This document shows, piece after piece, positions 1-9,374 of a stretch of DNA of 20,000 nucleotides. Both the position numbers and the translations under genes were made by a program. Numbering within the stretch: position 1 is the stretch's first letter; every line of letters starts with the position of its first letter. The notes under the pieces are model-generated. The model did no database searches. It was not told where the DNA came from and saw only the letters and a program-made list of their open reading frames with translations. Origin of the DNA: an uncultured virus (IMG/VR IMGVR_UViG_3300036766_001719) (Duplodnaviria > Heunggongvirae > Uroviricota > Caudoviricetes); IMG/VR virus record IMGVR_UViG_3300036766_001719, one strand, 5' to 3'.

Positions 1-376
1 TTAAAATAGCGTTACTGTCTTTAGAAAGTTTTTCTTTTGCCCAAGTTTCTAACGTTACTTTCCAGTATTGATAAAATTCAATTGCTTCTTGTGCCGATTC
101 ATACCTACATCGTTCATAAAAATCACCAGGCCGACCACTAGGCATTCCCTGATATTCCCATTCTCCTAACTTATTAAGGCAGCAATTCCCACCATCTCTG
201 AAAATCCCCCACTTATCTGCTCCTTCACCATCAGGATTACCCATATTTCTTACATAAATTGAATAACGGCGAAGGTCTTTAGGATACTTTTCCCACCAAA
301 AGGCACGTCCATTTACAATAGGCTCTGGTCCCATTGTAAACTCCGATGCCATTTTGAGAAGTTCTTCGTTATTCAT
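1..376 (-). CDS. Hypothetical phage protein, 3'-partial (MNNEELLKMASEF...CCLNKLGEWEYQGMPSGRP...)
   Basis: Manual translation: open from ATG at 376 to the window edge; not in the ORF track. Confidence 0.75.
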   Translation of the reverse strand, partial: MNNEELLKMASEFTMGPEPIVNGRAFWWEKYPKDLRRYSIYVRNMGNPDGEGADKWGIFRDGGNCCLNKLGEWEYQGMPSGRPGDFYERCRYESAQEAIEFYQYWKVTLETWAKEKLSKDSNAIL

Positions 377-386
377 GTTTTCCAAG

Positions 387-458
387 GGTGAATAATGGTA
401 TTCGAAACCACTCTTCTTGCTCCACAGGCAAGCGTGCTACCATTACACCATATCCACC
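387..458 (-). tRNA. tRNA-His(GUG) with encoded G-1
   Basis: G-GUGGAUA/UAUUCAC-C acceptor, D arm GUGU/GCAC, anticodon arm CUUGC-CUGUGGA-GCAAG, T loop UUCGAAU. Confidence 0.92.
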
Positions 459-481
459 ATAAGTAAATTTCCTTGGTACAA

Positions 482-889
482 TTATTCCACTTTTTTCATT
501 TCAGCTAAAGGTTTATCGCCACAAGACATAGGTTCATCATAATTTATAAACATCCTATGCTTAAAATCATTAGGAATGCCGTCTCTATCAGCACGATCAT
601 GACTCACTCTATGCCTAATAACTTGATGTAAATCCCAAGCAACTCTGGCTGTATCTGGGAGTTTTTTACTATGAATGGCATAAAAACCATTAGGAACACC
701 TGTTACTAACGGCACAAGTTCCCTTAGTTTATCTCCCAATTCAGAATATTTAATGCCATCCATTGTAACGAAGCAATCGGCAATGGAATTGAGTTGTCCC
801 ATGTAGATACGGGACAAAAGTTCACACGCTTGACTCAAAACATTGGCCTGTTCTTCATCAAGCGTGAGCGTGTACTTTTGCGTAGACAT
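482..889 (-). CDS. Hypothetical protein
   Basis: 135-aa ORF collinear with neighbours. Confidence 0.75.
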   Translation of the reverse strand: MSTQKYTLTLDEEQANVLSQACELLSRIYMGQLNSIADCFVTMDGIKYSELGDKLRELVPLVTGVPNGFYAIHSKKLPDTARVAWDLHQVIRHRVSHDRADRDGIPNDFKHRMFINYDEPMSCGDKPLAEMKKVE

Positions 890-923
890 GATAGGATTAT
901 ACCATCAAATCTCTCTTTGTAAA

Positions 924-1568
924 CTAGATTCTCCTCACTGCCAAATCCTTTAAAGTAATACTCCAACTTGCCTTCCTTGGCGATTTATTCAAACAAAAAT
1001 CCAAAATTTCTTCGGAAGCTACAGCAACCGAAAGCATGATGATGTTTCTGGCCAAGGGATAATCACAAACATCACCTTCAACATCCTTTGGAACTTTGTA
1101 ATTTTCATCCCAAATCACTTCTCCATAATCTTCATAAAGACCAACATGGAGACAAGGAAGCTTTCTTGCTCTGATTTCATCCTGAATTAACTTCCTAGAT
1201 GCTGAATTATCGAAGGCATCAATAACCAATCCAGAACCCTTCAACAAAGACTTAACATTACTTCCAGTCAATTCTTTGTTACAATCATCAACTTCGACGC
1301 CAACATCACGGAAAACCTTATTTTTGAGTGCTGCAACCTTTAATGCTCCAACATCCTTTTCACCATAAACTTGTGTGTTTAGATTCTGAATTTCTACACG
1401 ATCCTTATCAATAACTCTCAACTTACTGAACCCTTGGCGAACAAGATTATCAGTAAGATTACTACCTAAAGCACCAACACCACAAATAGTAATATTAAAA
1501 GTCCCCAACTTGGCAATTAAGTCCTTGCCACGGTAGATTTCCTCATGATGGAACTTTGAATTAGCCAT
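924..1568 (-). CDS. ThiF/MoeB/E1-like ubiquitin-activating (adenylating) enzyme
   Basis: GVGALG nucleotide-binding loop, DKDRVEIQNLNTQ, DAFDN..SR, candidate catalytic Cys in DVCDYP. Start moved to ATG 1568 (MANSK), preceded by AAAGGAAAG. Confidence 0.9.
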   Translation of the reverse strand: MANSKFHHEEIYRGKDLIAKLGTFNITICGVGALGSNLTDNLVRQGFSKLRVIDKDRVEIQNLNTQVYGEKDVGALKVAALKNKVFRDVGVEVDDCNKELTGSNVKSLLKGSGLVIDAFDNSASRKLIQDEIRARKLPCLHVGLYEDYGEVIWDENYKVPKDVEGDVCDYPLARNIIMLSVAVASEEILDFCLNKSPRKASWSITLKDLAVRRI

Positions 1569-1569
1569 A

Positions 1570-2133
1570 TTACTTTCCTTTATTCTTATAAATGGCTTCA
1601 CACCACTCTACCAATTCTTTTTCTGTTAATGTTCTTTTCATCCAATTAACGACTTTGTGAACCCATTGAACATTGTCAAAAACATATCCTTTAGAGTTGT
1701 CTATTCTATCTAAAGATGCAGTTTGTCTCTTAGGATTCTTAATATACCTTCGCTCAAACCTTAGCGGCACTCCAGAAATTGCACATTTCCCATCTTGTTT
1801 AAGAAACAAATCCCAAACTTCTTCAATAGAAACATCTAATGTTTTATTTCTTTTCAAAGCACCATGCTTAAAATGACTCCAATAAGCACCACTTATCTCT
1901 CCGCATCCACGCCAATTATCTGCTGGCCCTCTGCACTTACCACAACTTTTAGTATTTTTACTAGTTAACGATCTTCCTATTATATCTTTTATATTGCCAC
2001 ATTCACATTGACACGTCCATAATGATAAACCGCCTTTCTTATCTGATTCCGCAAGCACTTTTAATTTTCCAAACTCTCTCCCTACAAGTTCTAACTTATT
2101 CCGAGCCTTTTTCATATAACTCCTTGAGTACAT
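1570..2133 (-). mobile_element. Free-standing HNH-type homing endonuclease
   Basis: N-terminal GREFGKLKVL..WTCQCECG..KSCG module; C-terminal SLDRIDNSKGYVFDNVQWVHKVVNWMK. Confidence 0.82.
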
Positions 2134-2175
2134 AATCGCTTTATCTTAAATAAAGTAGTTATGTACTCAAGAAAA

Positions 2176-2584
2176 TTAATCTTCAATTTCAGTAGTGCCT
2201 ACCAATAAATTACCAAATCTTTTAATCTCACATTCCACTGGTTCTTCAACATCGTCATCATACCAATACGCACGCAACCCATCTGTTCCATGAATCGCAC
2301 AAATAAGACTTTTCCCTAAACAACTCACCCATGCGGTCATGGTTTTAAAATCACGGTCACTTGGCGAGGCAGTCCAATGCGGATGCGTATGTAAAAATCC
2401 TATAACATTATGGTGAGCGTCTTCTTGATTAAGAACATAGTAAGGATCAAAGTCAACACTTGCTATCTTCCCTGAAGTCATCTTACGGCGCTTCGCCCAC
2501 CACAACTTGCCTTTCTGTCCCCCCTACCAAAATCCAACAATGCTCAACTTGACAGTCTATCTTCAATTCATTAGTCGTAGTCAT
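2176..2584 (-). CDS. JAB/JAMM (MPN+) metalloprotease with an apparent +1 frameshift at the G6 run 2519-2524
   Basis: HTHPHWTASPSDRD fits HxH-x7-S-x2-D. The N-terminus MTTTNELKIDCQVEHCWILVG (ATG 2584, GGAG upstream) is in a different frame and joins if one G is removed. Confidence 0.82.
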
Positions 2585-3455
2585 CTTCGTATTCTCCACC
2601 ATAATTGTCACCTACACGCACGATCCTATGCCTGTTTCGCCCCTCCTTGATAACACCTACTAAACTTTGCAAATCAAAGGCTTTATCTCCGCCAGAGAGA
2701 CAAATGCCAGCAGATTCTACACTCAAATCATCCTTTTTTACAACAGAACGATGACGTTCACCTTCTACAGTATACTCAATTGTATAAGTATTACCACGTT
2801 CAATATAGCTGGAATATCTTGCTCCTGCCCTACGCAAAGCCGACTTGATTCTTTCTTCATTCTTATCCTTCTTGGCTTCAATATCAGCTTCTAAAGCAGG
2901 CCCATATGCCATTAAATAGGCATCTTGTTCTTCTACTGACATACCAGAACATACCAACTTACCAGGATCAACAAGCTTATTCAGACATTCACGCAAATAA
3001 ATTGGAATCTTTGGATCGGCCCCAGCACAAGTTTCTTGAAACCAACAATTTGCACCATCAAATCTAGCTTGTACCACTTCGAAAAGCTGAACTTCTTCTG
3101 GCAAAAAGACTGGAACAAGACCAGTTACCTTAAATCTAGTATCTGACCTAGATGCAGGCAACCCCAGCCATTGATTGTTGTTATTTCTGCACAAAATCAA
3201 TCTAATTGCAGGAAATAAATTAAAATATTGAGTTTTCTCAGACATATTAGGGGCACGAACAAACTTAGCTTCCTTATAAGAAGCAGGAGAAAATACACCC
3301 CATCCTTGAAAATCCTTTGGCTTAGAAACACTTAAATTAACAATAATTCCAGAAATACGAACTCTAATCGGCTTCCCTCTAAGAACAGGAGATAAGAATT
3401 GAGAGTTAAAAAAAGCGTTCTCTTCAGCAGCCAGTTTGTCAAATAAGTTACTCAT
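2571..3455 (-). CDS. Uncharacterised protein with a C-terminal E2-like motif (putative Ubl-conjugating enzyme)
   Basis: ESAGICLSGGDKAFDLQSLVGVI resembles the E2 G-x-I-C-L active site plus following helix; lies among E1, JAB and Ubl genes. Start moved to ATG 3455 (MSNLF). Confidence 0.55.
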   Translation of the reverse strand: MSNLFDKLAAEENAFFNSQFLSPVLRGKPIRVRISGIIVNLSVSKPKDFQGWGVFSPASYKEAKFVRAPNMSEKTQYFNLFPAIRLILCRNNNNQWLGLPASRSDTRFKVTGLVPVFLPEEVQLFEVVQARFDGANCWFQETCAGADPKIPIYLRECLNKLVDPGKLVCSGMSVEEQDAYLMAYGPALEADIEAKKDKNEERIKSALRRAGARYSSYIERGNTYTIEYTVEGERHRSVVKKDDLSVESAGICLSGGDKAFDLQSLVGVIKEGRNRHRIVRVGDNYGGEYEDDYD

Positions 3456-3484
3456 AAAAATTTCCTGGTAGACTATAATATAGT

Positions 3485-5830
<2,346 letters not shown>

Positions 5831-5880
5831 ACTCTAGCCTAACACAACATTAAATTAATTACTATCCCTAAATCAAAAAA

Positions 5881-5949
5881 TCCGTCTTAGTTTGGAAAGC
5901 TTTTTACCATTTGCAACAATGTTTGTAAGCTTTCCGTATCGGAGACGGA
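5881..5949 (-). ncRNA. Y-like RNA A (minimal, open-ended stem)
   Basis: UCCGUCU-CCGAUAC-GGAAAGCU-UACAAAC...AGCUUUCC-AAACUA-AGACGGA. Confidence 0.75.
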
Positions 5950-5982
5950 TGTATCGGTGTTGCCATTTAAGGCAACTCTATA

Positions 5983-6102
5983 TGGCGGGCGAGGCAAGAT
6001 TTTACTTGCATACTTCAGTTTTACGGACTGATGCTTGTATGTTTCTAAAGTAGGGAACACTTGCATGTTCTAGTCTTAAAAACTGGTTTCAGCTACTCGC
6101 CC
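5983..6102 (-). ncRNA. tRNA-like RNA B (GUA anticodon, CCA encoded) with a Y-like stem inserted in the D loop
   Basis: GGGCGAG/CUCGCCC-GCCA acceptor, UCAGU-CCGUAAA-ACUGA arm, degenerate T loop; insert ACUA-GAAC...GUUC-CCUA...ACAUACA. Confidence 0.72.
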
Positions 6103-6669
6103 ATAATGTTCTTTTCTATGGCAATTCCCGCACAACAAAATACACTTCATGATCTCTTCTAAAATCACCTTAATAGAACACTTTTTATGACAAAGGTTTC
6201 CAATTACATCTCTTTTGTCTTTAATGTGGTGAAATTGCAAACATTCTGTATCTTTTAGAGCACAAACCGCACAACTACTCATAGACTTATAATCCCATAC
6301 AAACGCTATGTTTCTATTTACTCTTGGGTTTAAGTTAACGTAATTATCATCTTTCTTGTGAAATTTTAAATGGCAATTTACACACAGCAAATCGCATTTA
6401 TTTATTTCCTCTAGAACTATAGCGTGACTAAATCTAGTAATGCCATCGGCTATCTCAAATAACTTTTCCTCTGGATTTCTGTGATGAAACTCCAAGCATA
6501 TTACTTCTTTCTCTCCACATTTGATGCAATAACCTTTACTTTTTAAATCGTTAATTAACGACTTAAAATTTTTTCTACTCCTACTTGCTCTCTCTCGAAA
6601 GCTTTCTTTGTTGTTTGAATAATAAGAGGCTCTCCATCTTACCTCTTCCGCTTTGTCTTTATAAGGCAT
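6076..6669 (-). mobile_element. Tandem (two-domain) HNH homing endonuclease
   Basis: Two CxxC...FHH...CxxLCxNCH repeats; 3' end overlaps the 5' end of RNA B. Confidence 0.85.
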
Positions 6670-6697
6670 AACTTAAAGTAGTTATACCTTATTGATT

Positions 6698-6768
6698 TAA
6701 CCGTCCAAGTTAAAAAAGCTGTTATAAACACCACTTGTTTGTAAGCTTTTTAGGTGCGGGACGGATTA
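6698..6768 (-). ncRNA. Y-like RNA C (minimal)
   Basis: CCGUCC-CGCACCU-AAAAAGCU-UACAAAC...AGCUUUUU-UAACUU-GGACGG. Confidence 0.75.
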
Positions 6769-6769
6769 G

Positions 6770-6842
6770 TGGCAGCGATAGGATTTGAACCTATGATCTC
6801 AACGTTATGAGCGTTGCGAGATAACCACTTCTCTACGCTGCT
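6770..6842 (-). tRNA. tRNA-Met(CAU), initiator-like
   Basis: Cloverleaf with CAACG-CUCAUAA-CGUUG and T loop UUCAAAU. A1:C72 mismatch and A11:U24 are initiator traits, but the three consecutive G:C anticodon-stem pairs are missing. Confidence 0.88.
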
Positions 6843-6860
6843 ACACTTAAAAACCTCATT

Positions 6861-6981
6861 TCGTCCAAGTTTTGAAAACTGTTTGGAAAACAATACTGGA
6901 TTTGAACCAGTACAGCAACTTGTTAAGAGTCGTGACCTACCATTGGTCAAATTGTTTGTAAGTTCTCAACATTGGGGACGA
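6861..6981 (-). ncRNA. Y-like RNA D carrying a complete tRNA cloverleaf (UAA anticodon, internal CCA)
   Basis: UCGUCC-CCAAUG-UUGAGAACU-UAC-[AAACAAU, GACC/GGUC, CGACU-CUUAACA-AGUUG, ACUGG-UUCAAAU-CCAGU, AUUGUUU-UCCA]-AAC-AGUUUUCAA-AACUU-GGACGA. Confidence 0.8.
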
Positions 6982-7001
6982 AACAAAGCTTTCTTACAAT
7001 T

Positions 7002-7229
7002 TCAACCGAAGACCGCATCAGGTCGCAACGTCAACTCGCCCGTTGCCTCATTACGGTCAATAGCAAAGTTTCTAAGCTTTGCCAAAGGAACATTGAGATG
7101 CGTAGCTACGGCGGTACGAATCTGCTCATCCGTAGAGAGCGTTCCAACGTCCAGGTCGTTCAGGGGAATATCCCAACTACGACCTTCATACCGAACGTGA
7201 ATTTGCGGAGCCGTCATCGTGTTTTCCAT
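7002..7229 (-). CDS. Small ubiquitin-like (putative beta-grasp) modifier ending in ...RPDAVFG
   Basis: 75 aa, AGGAGG Shine-Dalgarno, pattern compatible with beta-beta-alpha-beta-beta, terminal Gly, same strand as the E1 and JAB genes. Confidence 0.7.
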   Translation of the reverse strand: MENTMTAPQIHVRYEGRSWDIPLNDLDVGTLSTDEQIRTAVATHLNVPLAKLRNFAIDRNEATGELTLRPDAVFG

Positions 7230-7268
7230 CTCAACCTCCTTTTTACTCTTGTTTACTTCATCTACAAC

Positions 7269-7297
7269 ATTATACTCGACATCAACTAGATTGTAAA
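7269..7297 (-). promoter_or_regulatory. Sigma70-type promoter TTTACA-17-TATAAT upstream of the Ubl gene
   Basis: Near-consensus match. Confidence 0.75.
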
Positions 7298-7300
7298 GTA

Positions 7301-7424
7301 AAATTCGTCCAAGTCAATAAAGCTGTCAAGAAACTTTCGGAATTGAACCGAAAACTTCAACCTTGAGGGTTGCGCTCTACCAATTGAGCTAAGTTTGTAA
7401 GCTCTATCCATTGGGGACGAATTT
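7301..7424 (-). ncRNA. Y-like RNA E carrying a tRNA-like cloverleaf with a short acceptor stem
   Basis: 10-bp AAAUUCGUCC/GGACGAAUUU, AUAGAGCU-UAC-AAACU/AGUUU, D arm GCUC-AAUUGGUA-GAGC, CAACC-CUCAA-GGUUG, UUCGG-UUCAAUU-CCGAA. Confidence 0.8.
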
Positions 7425-7426
7425 AG

Positions 7427-7561
7427 TGGGGGAGCCTGGATTTGAACCAGGACTCTTTAGCTCCGAAGGCTAACGTCTTTGCCGTATGTAAGTTGAAAAT
7501 GTCGGGAACAATTTCTTGTTCAAGTCTCAACAACTGACAGTCTTAATTAGACTACTCCCCC
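7427..7561 (-). ncRNA. tRNA-Arg(UCG)-like RNA F with a Y-like stem inserted in the D loop
   Basis: GGGGGAG/CUCCCCC, GUCU/AGAC D stem, UUAGC-CUUCGGA-GCUAA, CCUGG-UUCAAAU-CCAGG; insert ACUU-GAACAA-GAAA-UUGUUC-CCGA...CAACU-UACAUAC. Confidence 0.8.
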
Positions 7562-7591
7562 ATATATCAAACTAACTAACATTCTTTTTAA

Positions 7592-7693
7592 CTGCTGTCA
7601 AACTTTCTCATTTATAGCCCTTTCGACTTTTTAAAGTCATCGTTTGTAGGCTATTAAAGTGGAGACGCTTTCGCATCTAAGTTTTAACAGCAG
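7592..7693 (-). ncRNA. Y-like RNA G (GAAA-capped stem, two alternative folds)
   Basis: GCUGUUAAA-ACUU-AGAUGC-GAAA-GCGUCU-CCAC-UUUAAUAGC-CC-UACAAAC. Confidence 0.65.
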
Positions 7694-7726
7694 ACGGACC
7701 AAACCTTTAAGAAATTCTTCTGCTAA

Positions 7727-7780
7727 GTTTGTACGCTGCACATCTAGGGGACGCTTTCGCATCCAAGTTTCAGCAGCAGT
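7727..7780 (-). ncRNA. Y-like element H (GAAA-capped stem; may extend over 7689-7806)
   Basis: GCUGC-UGAA-ACUU-GGAUGC-GAAA-GCGUCC-CCUAGAUGU-GCAGC-GUACAAAC. Confidence 0.65.
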
Positions 7781-7818
7781 GCTTACCGTTAGGTAAAGCC
7801 TCTGCTACGTCAACCATA

Positions 7819-7885
7819 GTCCAATTTCCGCATGTTTAAATTCCTCTTAGCTTTCTTTAGTTTGTAAGCTATAAAGGTTGGGGAC
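7819..7885 (-). ncRNA. Y-like RNA I (divergent 3' strand)
   Basis: GUCC-CCAACCUUUA-UAGCU-UACAAAC...AGCUA-AGAGG...AAUU-GGAC. Confidence 0.55.
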
Positions 7886-7975
7886 AAGTAGTAGGACCGC
7901 CCCTACGTTATCCGAGTTTTCACAGCGGGTCGCAACTCATTAATCTTTTTCTAGACTTAACTCATTGCTTCTATC

Positions 7976-8003
7976 ATTCTACTTCGTTTCGGTCAATTGT
8001 AAA
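7976..8003 (-). promoter_or_regulatory. Putative sigma70 promoter TTTACA-16-TAGAAT
   Basis: Near-consensus match upstream of RNAs I/H/G/F/E. Confidence 0.55.
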
Positions 8004-8028
8004 CTAAATTTTCCGAAAAAATAAAAAA

Positions 8029-8359
8029 CACTGTTTTAGTTTCCAGAGCGAAAGGACATATTACTATGGCCGTGCGTGATGTACAGATATTACTCTGTAC
8101 ACTCGTTTACACGCAAGTCAATCGGCCCTGGCTTCCGCCAGTGGGTTGATATTTAAATCAACCCTCGACCACCTTTTCAGGCTCCCGTAAGAGACTGACC
8201 GTGCAATTGCGGAAAAGGTTCACACCTTACATCCGATATTTTTTATCAGATGCTCCTTGGGATGTTCAACTATGCTTTGTCGGCATAGTCATTAAACCAA
8301 GGAAACTCGCTACCTTAGGACCGGCAGTTGTTTGTAAGCTCCAAAGGTCGGAAACAGTG
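8029..8359 (-). ncRNA. Large (~330 nt) multi-hairpin RNA J enclosed by a Y-like stem
   Basis: CACUGUUU-CCGAC..GGAGC-UUACAAAC ... GCUCU-GGAAACUA-AAACAGUG followed by U6; many internal hairpins. Confidence 0.72.
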
Positions 8360-8362
8360 CAG

Positions 8363-8485
8363 CGGCGTTTGAAGGATTCGAACCTTCTCAAAAGCTTATT
8401 AGGCTTTCTCATTCCAATTGTTTGTAAGCTTAAAAGATGGGGAACAATTTCTTGTTCAAGTTTATCAAGCCACTTTTAAACGCCG
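8363..8485 (-). ncRNA. tRNA-like RNA K (AAU anticodon) with the D arm replaced by a Y-like stem
   Basis: CGGCGUUU/AAACGCCG, AAAGC-CUAAUAA-GCUUU, GAAGG-UUCGAAU-CCUUC; 22-nt core identical to F and M. Confidence 0.78.
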
Positions 8486-8492
8486 TAAATTA

Positions 8493-8635
8493 AAACCGTC
8501 TTAGTTGAAAAAACTATTCTTAACGTGTCACTTTAAAAGAGTGATGCCTTTACCATTAGGCTACAAATTCTTACGAACTTGACGGGATTCGAACCCGCAT
8601 ATGTGTATGTAAGTTCTATCTGTTGGAGACGGTTT
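8493..8635 (-). ncRNA. Y-like RNA L carrying a circularly permuted tRNA-Lys(UUU)-like domain
   Basis: Order inside the Y stem: T arm GCGGG-UUCGAAU-CCCGU, acceptor CAAGUUC-GUAA-GAAUUUG, D arm GCCU-AAUGGUAA-AGGC, anticodon arm UCACU-CUUUUAA-AGUGA. Confidence 0.82.
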
Positions 8636-8637
8636 AG

Positions 8638-8756
8638 TGGATGACCTTGGAATCGAACCAAGAAGAAATTTAAAAATTTCTTTGCCAGTTTGTAAGCTCA
8701 AAAAGTTGGGAACAATTTCTTGTTCAAGTTATACAAGCTAACTTTTTAAGTCACCC
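8638..8756 (-). ncRNA. tRNA-like RNA M with the D arm replaced by a Y-like stem and a degenerate AU-rich anticodon arm
   Basis: GGGUGAC/GUCAUCC, CUUGG-UUCGAUU-CCAAG; 22-nt core identical to F and K; UACAAAC present. Confidence 0.75.
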
Positions 8757-8797
8757 ATTTAATTGTAAAAGATCAACTTCATTCATTCGACTTTTTA

Positions 8798-8825
8798 ATT
8801 ATACTTGATATACGAGTGTTGTCAA
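8798..8825 (-). promoter_or_regulatory. Sigma70 promoter TTGACA-16-TATAAT at the head of the RNA array
   Basis: Perfect -35 and -10 hexamers. Confidence 0.82.
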
Positions 8826-8844
8826 CCGATTTTCACAACTTTTT

Positions 8845-9105
8845 TCATTTTTTTTCTAAATTTTCTTTTTCATAATCCAAAATCGGTTTCTTCAAAGCTT
8901 CTCTTATTTTCTCAATCTGCCATTCTAACCCTTCCATATCCTCTGAGGAAAGGCTGATTGGTTCTTTCGTATATCCAAGCTTATCATCATGATAATATAC
9001 TTCATGTACGGCAAAATATTCAACAAATTCAGGAAAAACGCCCTTATTTTTCTCATAATGGGGATGTTTCTCCCTATGTTTCAGTACTCGATAATTCCAA
9101 GACAC
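8845..9105 (-). CDS. Hypothetical phage protein (MSWNYRV...HEVYY)
   Basis: ORF track; GTG start at 9105 preceded by GGAGG. Confidence 0.75.
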   Translation of the reverse strand: MSWNYRVLKHREKHPHYEKNKGVFPEFVEYFAVHEVYYHDDKLGYTKEPISLSSEDMEGLEWQIEKIREALKKPILDYEKENLEKK

Positions 9106-9214
9106 AGGCACCTCCAATAAGGTTCACGAAAATTCGATCAAGCAATGCCGAAAGTCGCCTCCACTTGCGTTAGTCGTTAAAGGCACTGTAAACGCAGACT
9201 ACATCAACGAATAG

Positions 9215-9290
9215 TCTAACTGAGTGGATTTGAACCACTGTGCTTCTGCTTCCAAAGCAGACGAGGTAAACCAGACTCCTCAACAGTTAG
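9215..9290 (-). tRNA. tRNA-Pro(UGG)
   Basis: CUAACUG/CAGUUAG, UCUGC-UUUGGAA-GCAGA, AGUGG-UUCAAAU-CCACU. Confidence 0.9.
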
Positions 9291-9374
9291 AATTAAAAGG
9301 TTCAAATCAAAAAATATAGATTCAACCGATTTTTTTCTCTGTCGCATACATAACATAACAAGGAGGAATTTCAA

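Noticed and set aside
2524..2526. Amber read-through or alternative genetic code for the JAB gene
   Set aside because: The same frame has further TAG and TGA stops upstream, the JAB Glu motif is in another frame, and other genes here end in TAG
7889..7940. Possible HDV-like (theta) ribozyme upstream of RNA I
   Set aside because: Hairpins are present but the P1-P2-P3 order and catalytic junction do not fit
8305..8330. Twister ribozyme-like GCCGGUCCUAAG in RNA J
   Set aside because: The downstream CCCGG and pseudoknot partners are not evident; it folds as a simple CUGCC/GGUAG hairpin
6750..8479. ORFs 6750-6950, 6814-7200, 6972-7289 and 8201-8479
   Set aside because: They overlap tRNA, Y-like RNAs or the Ubl gene and lack protein-like features
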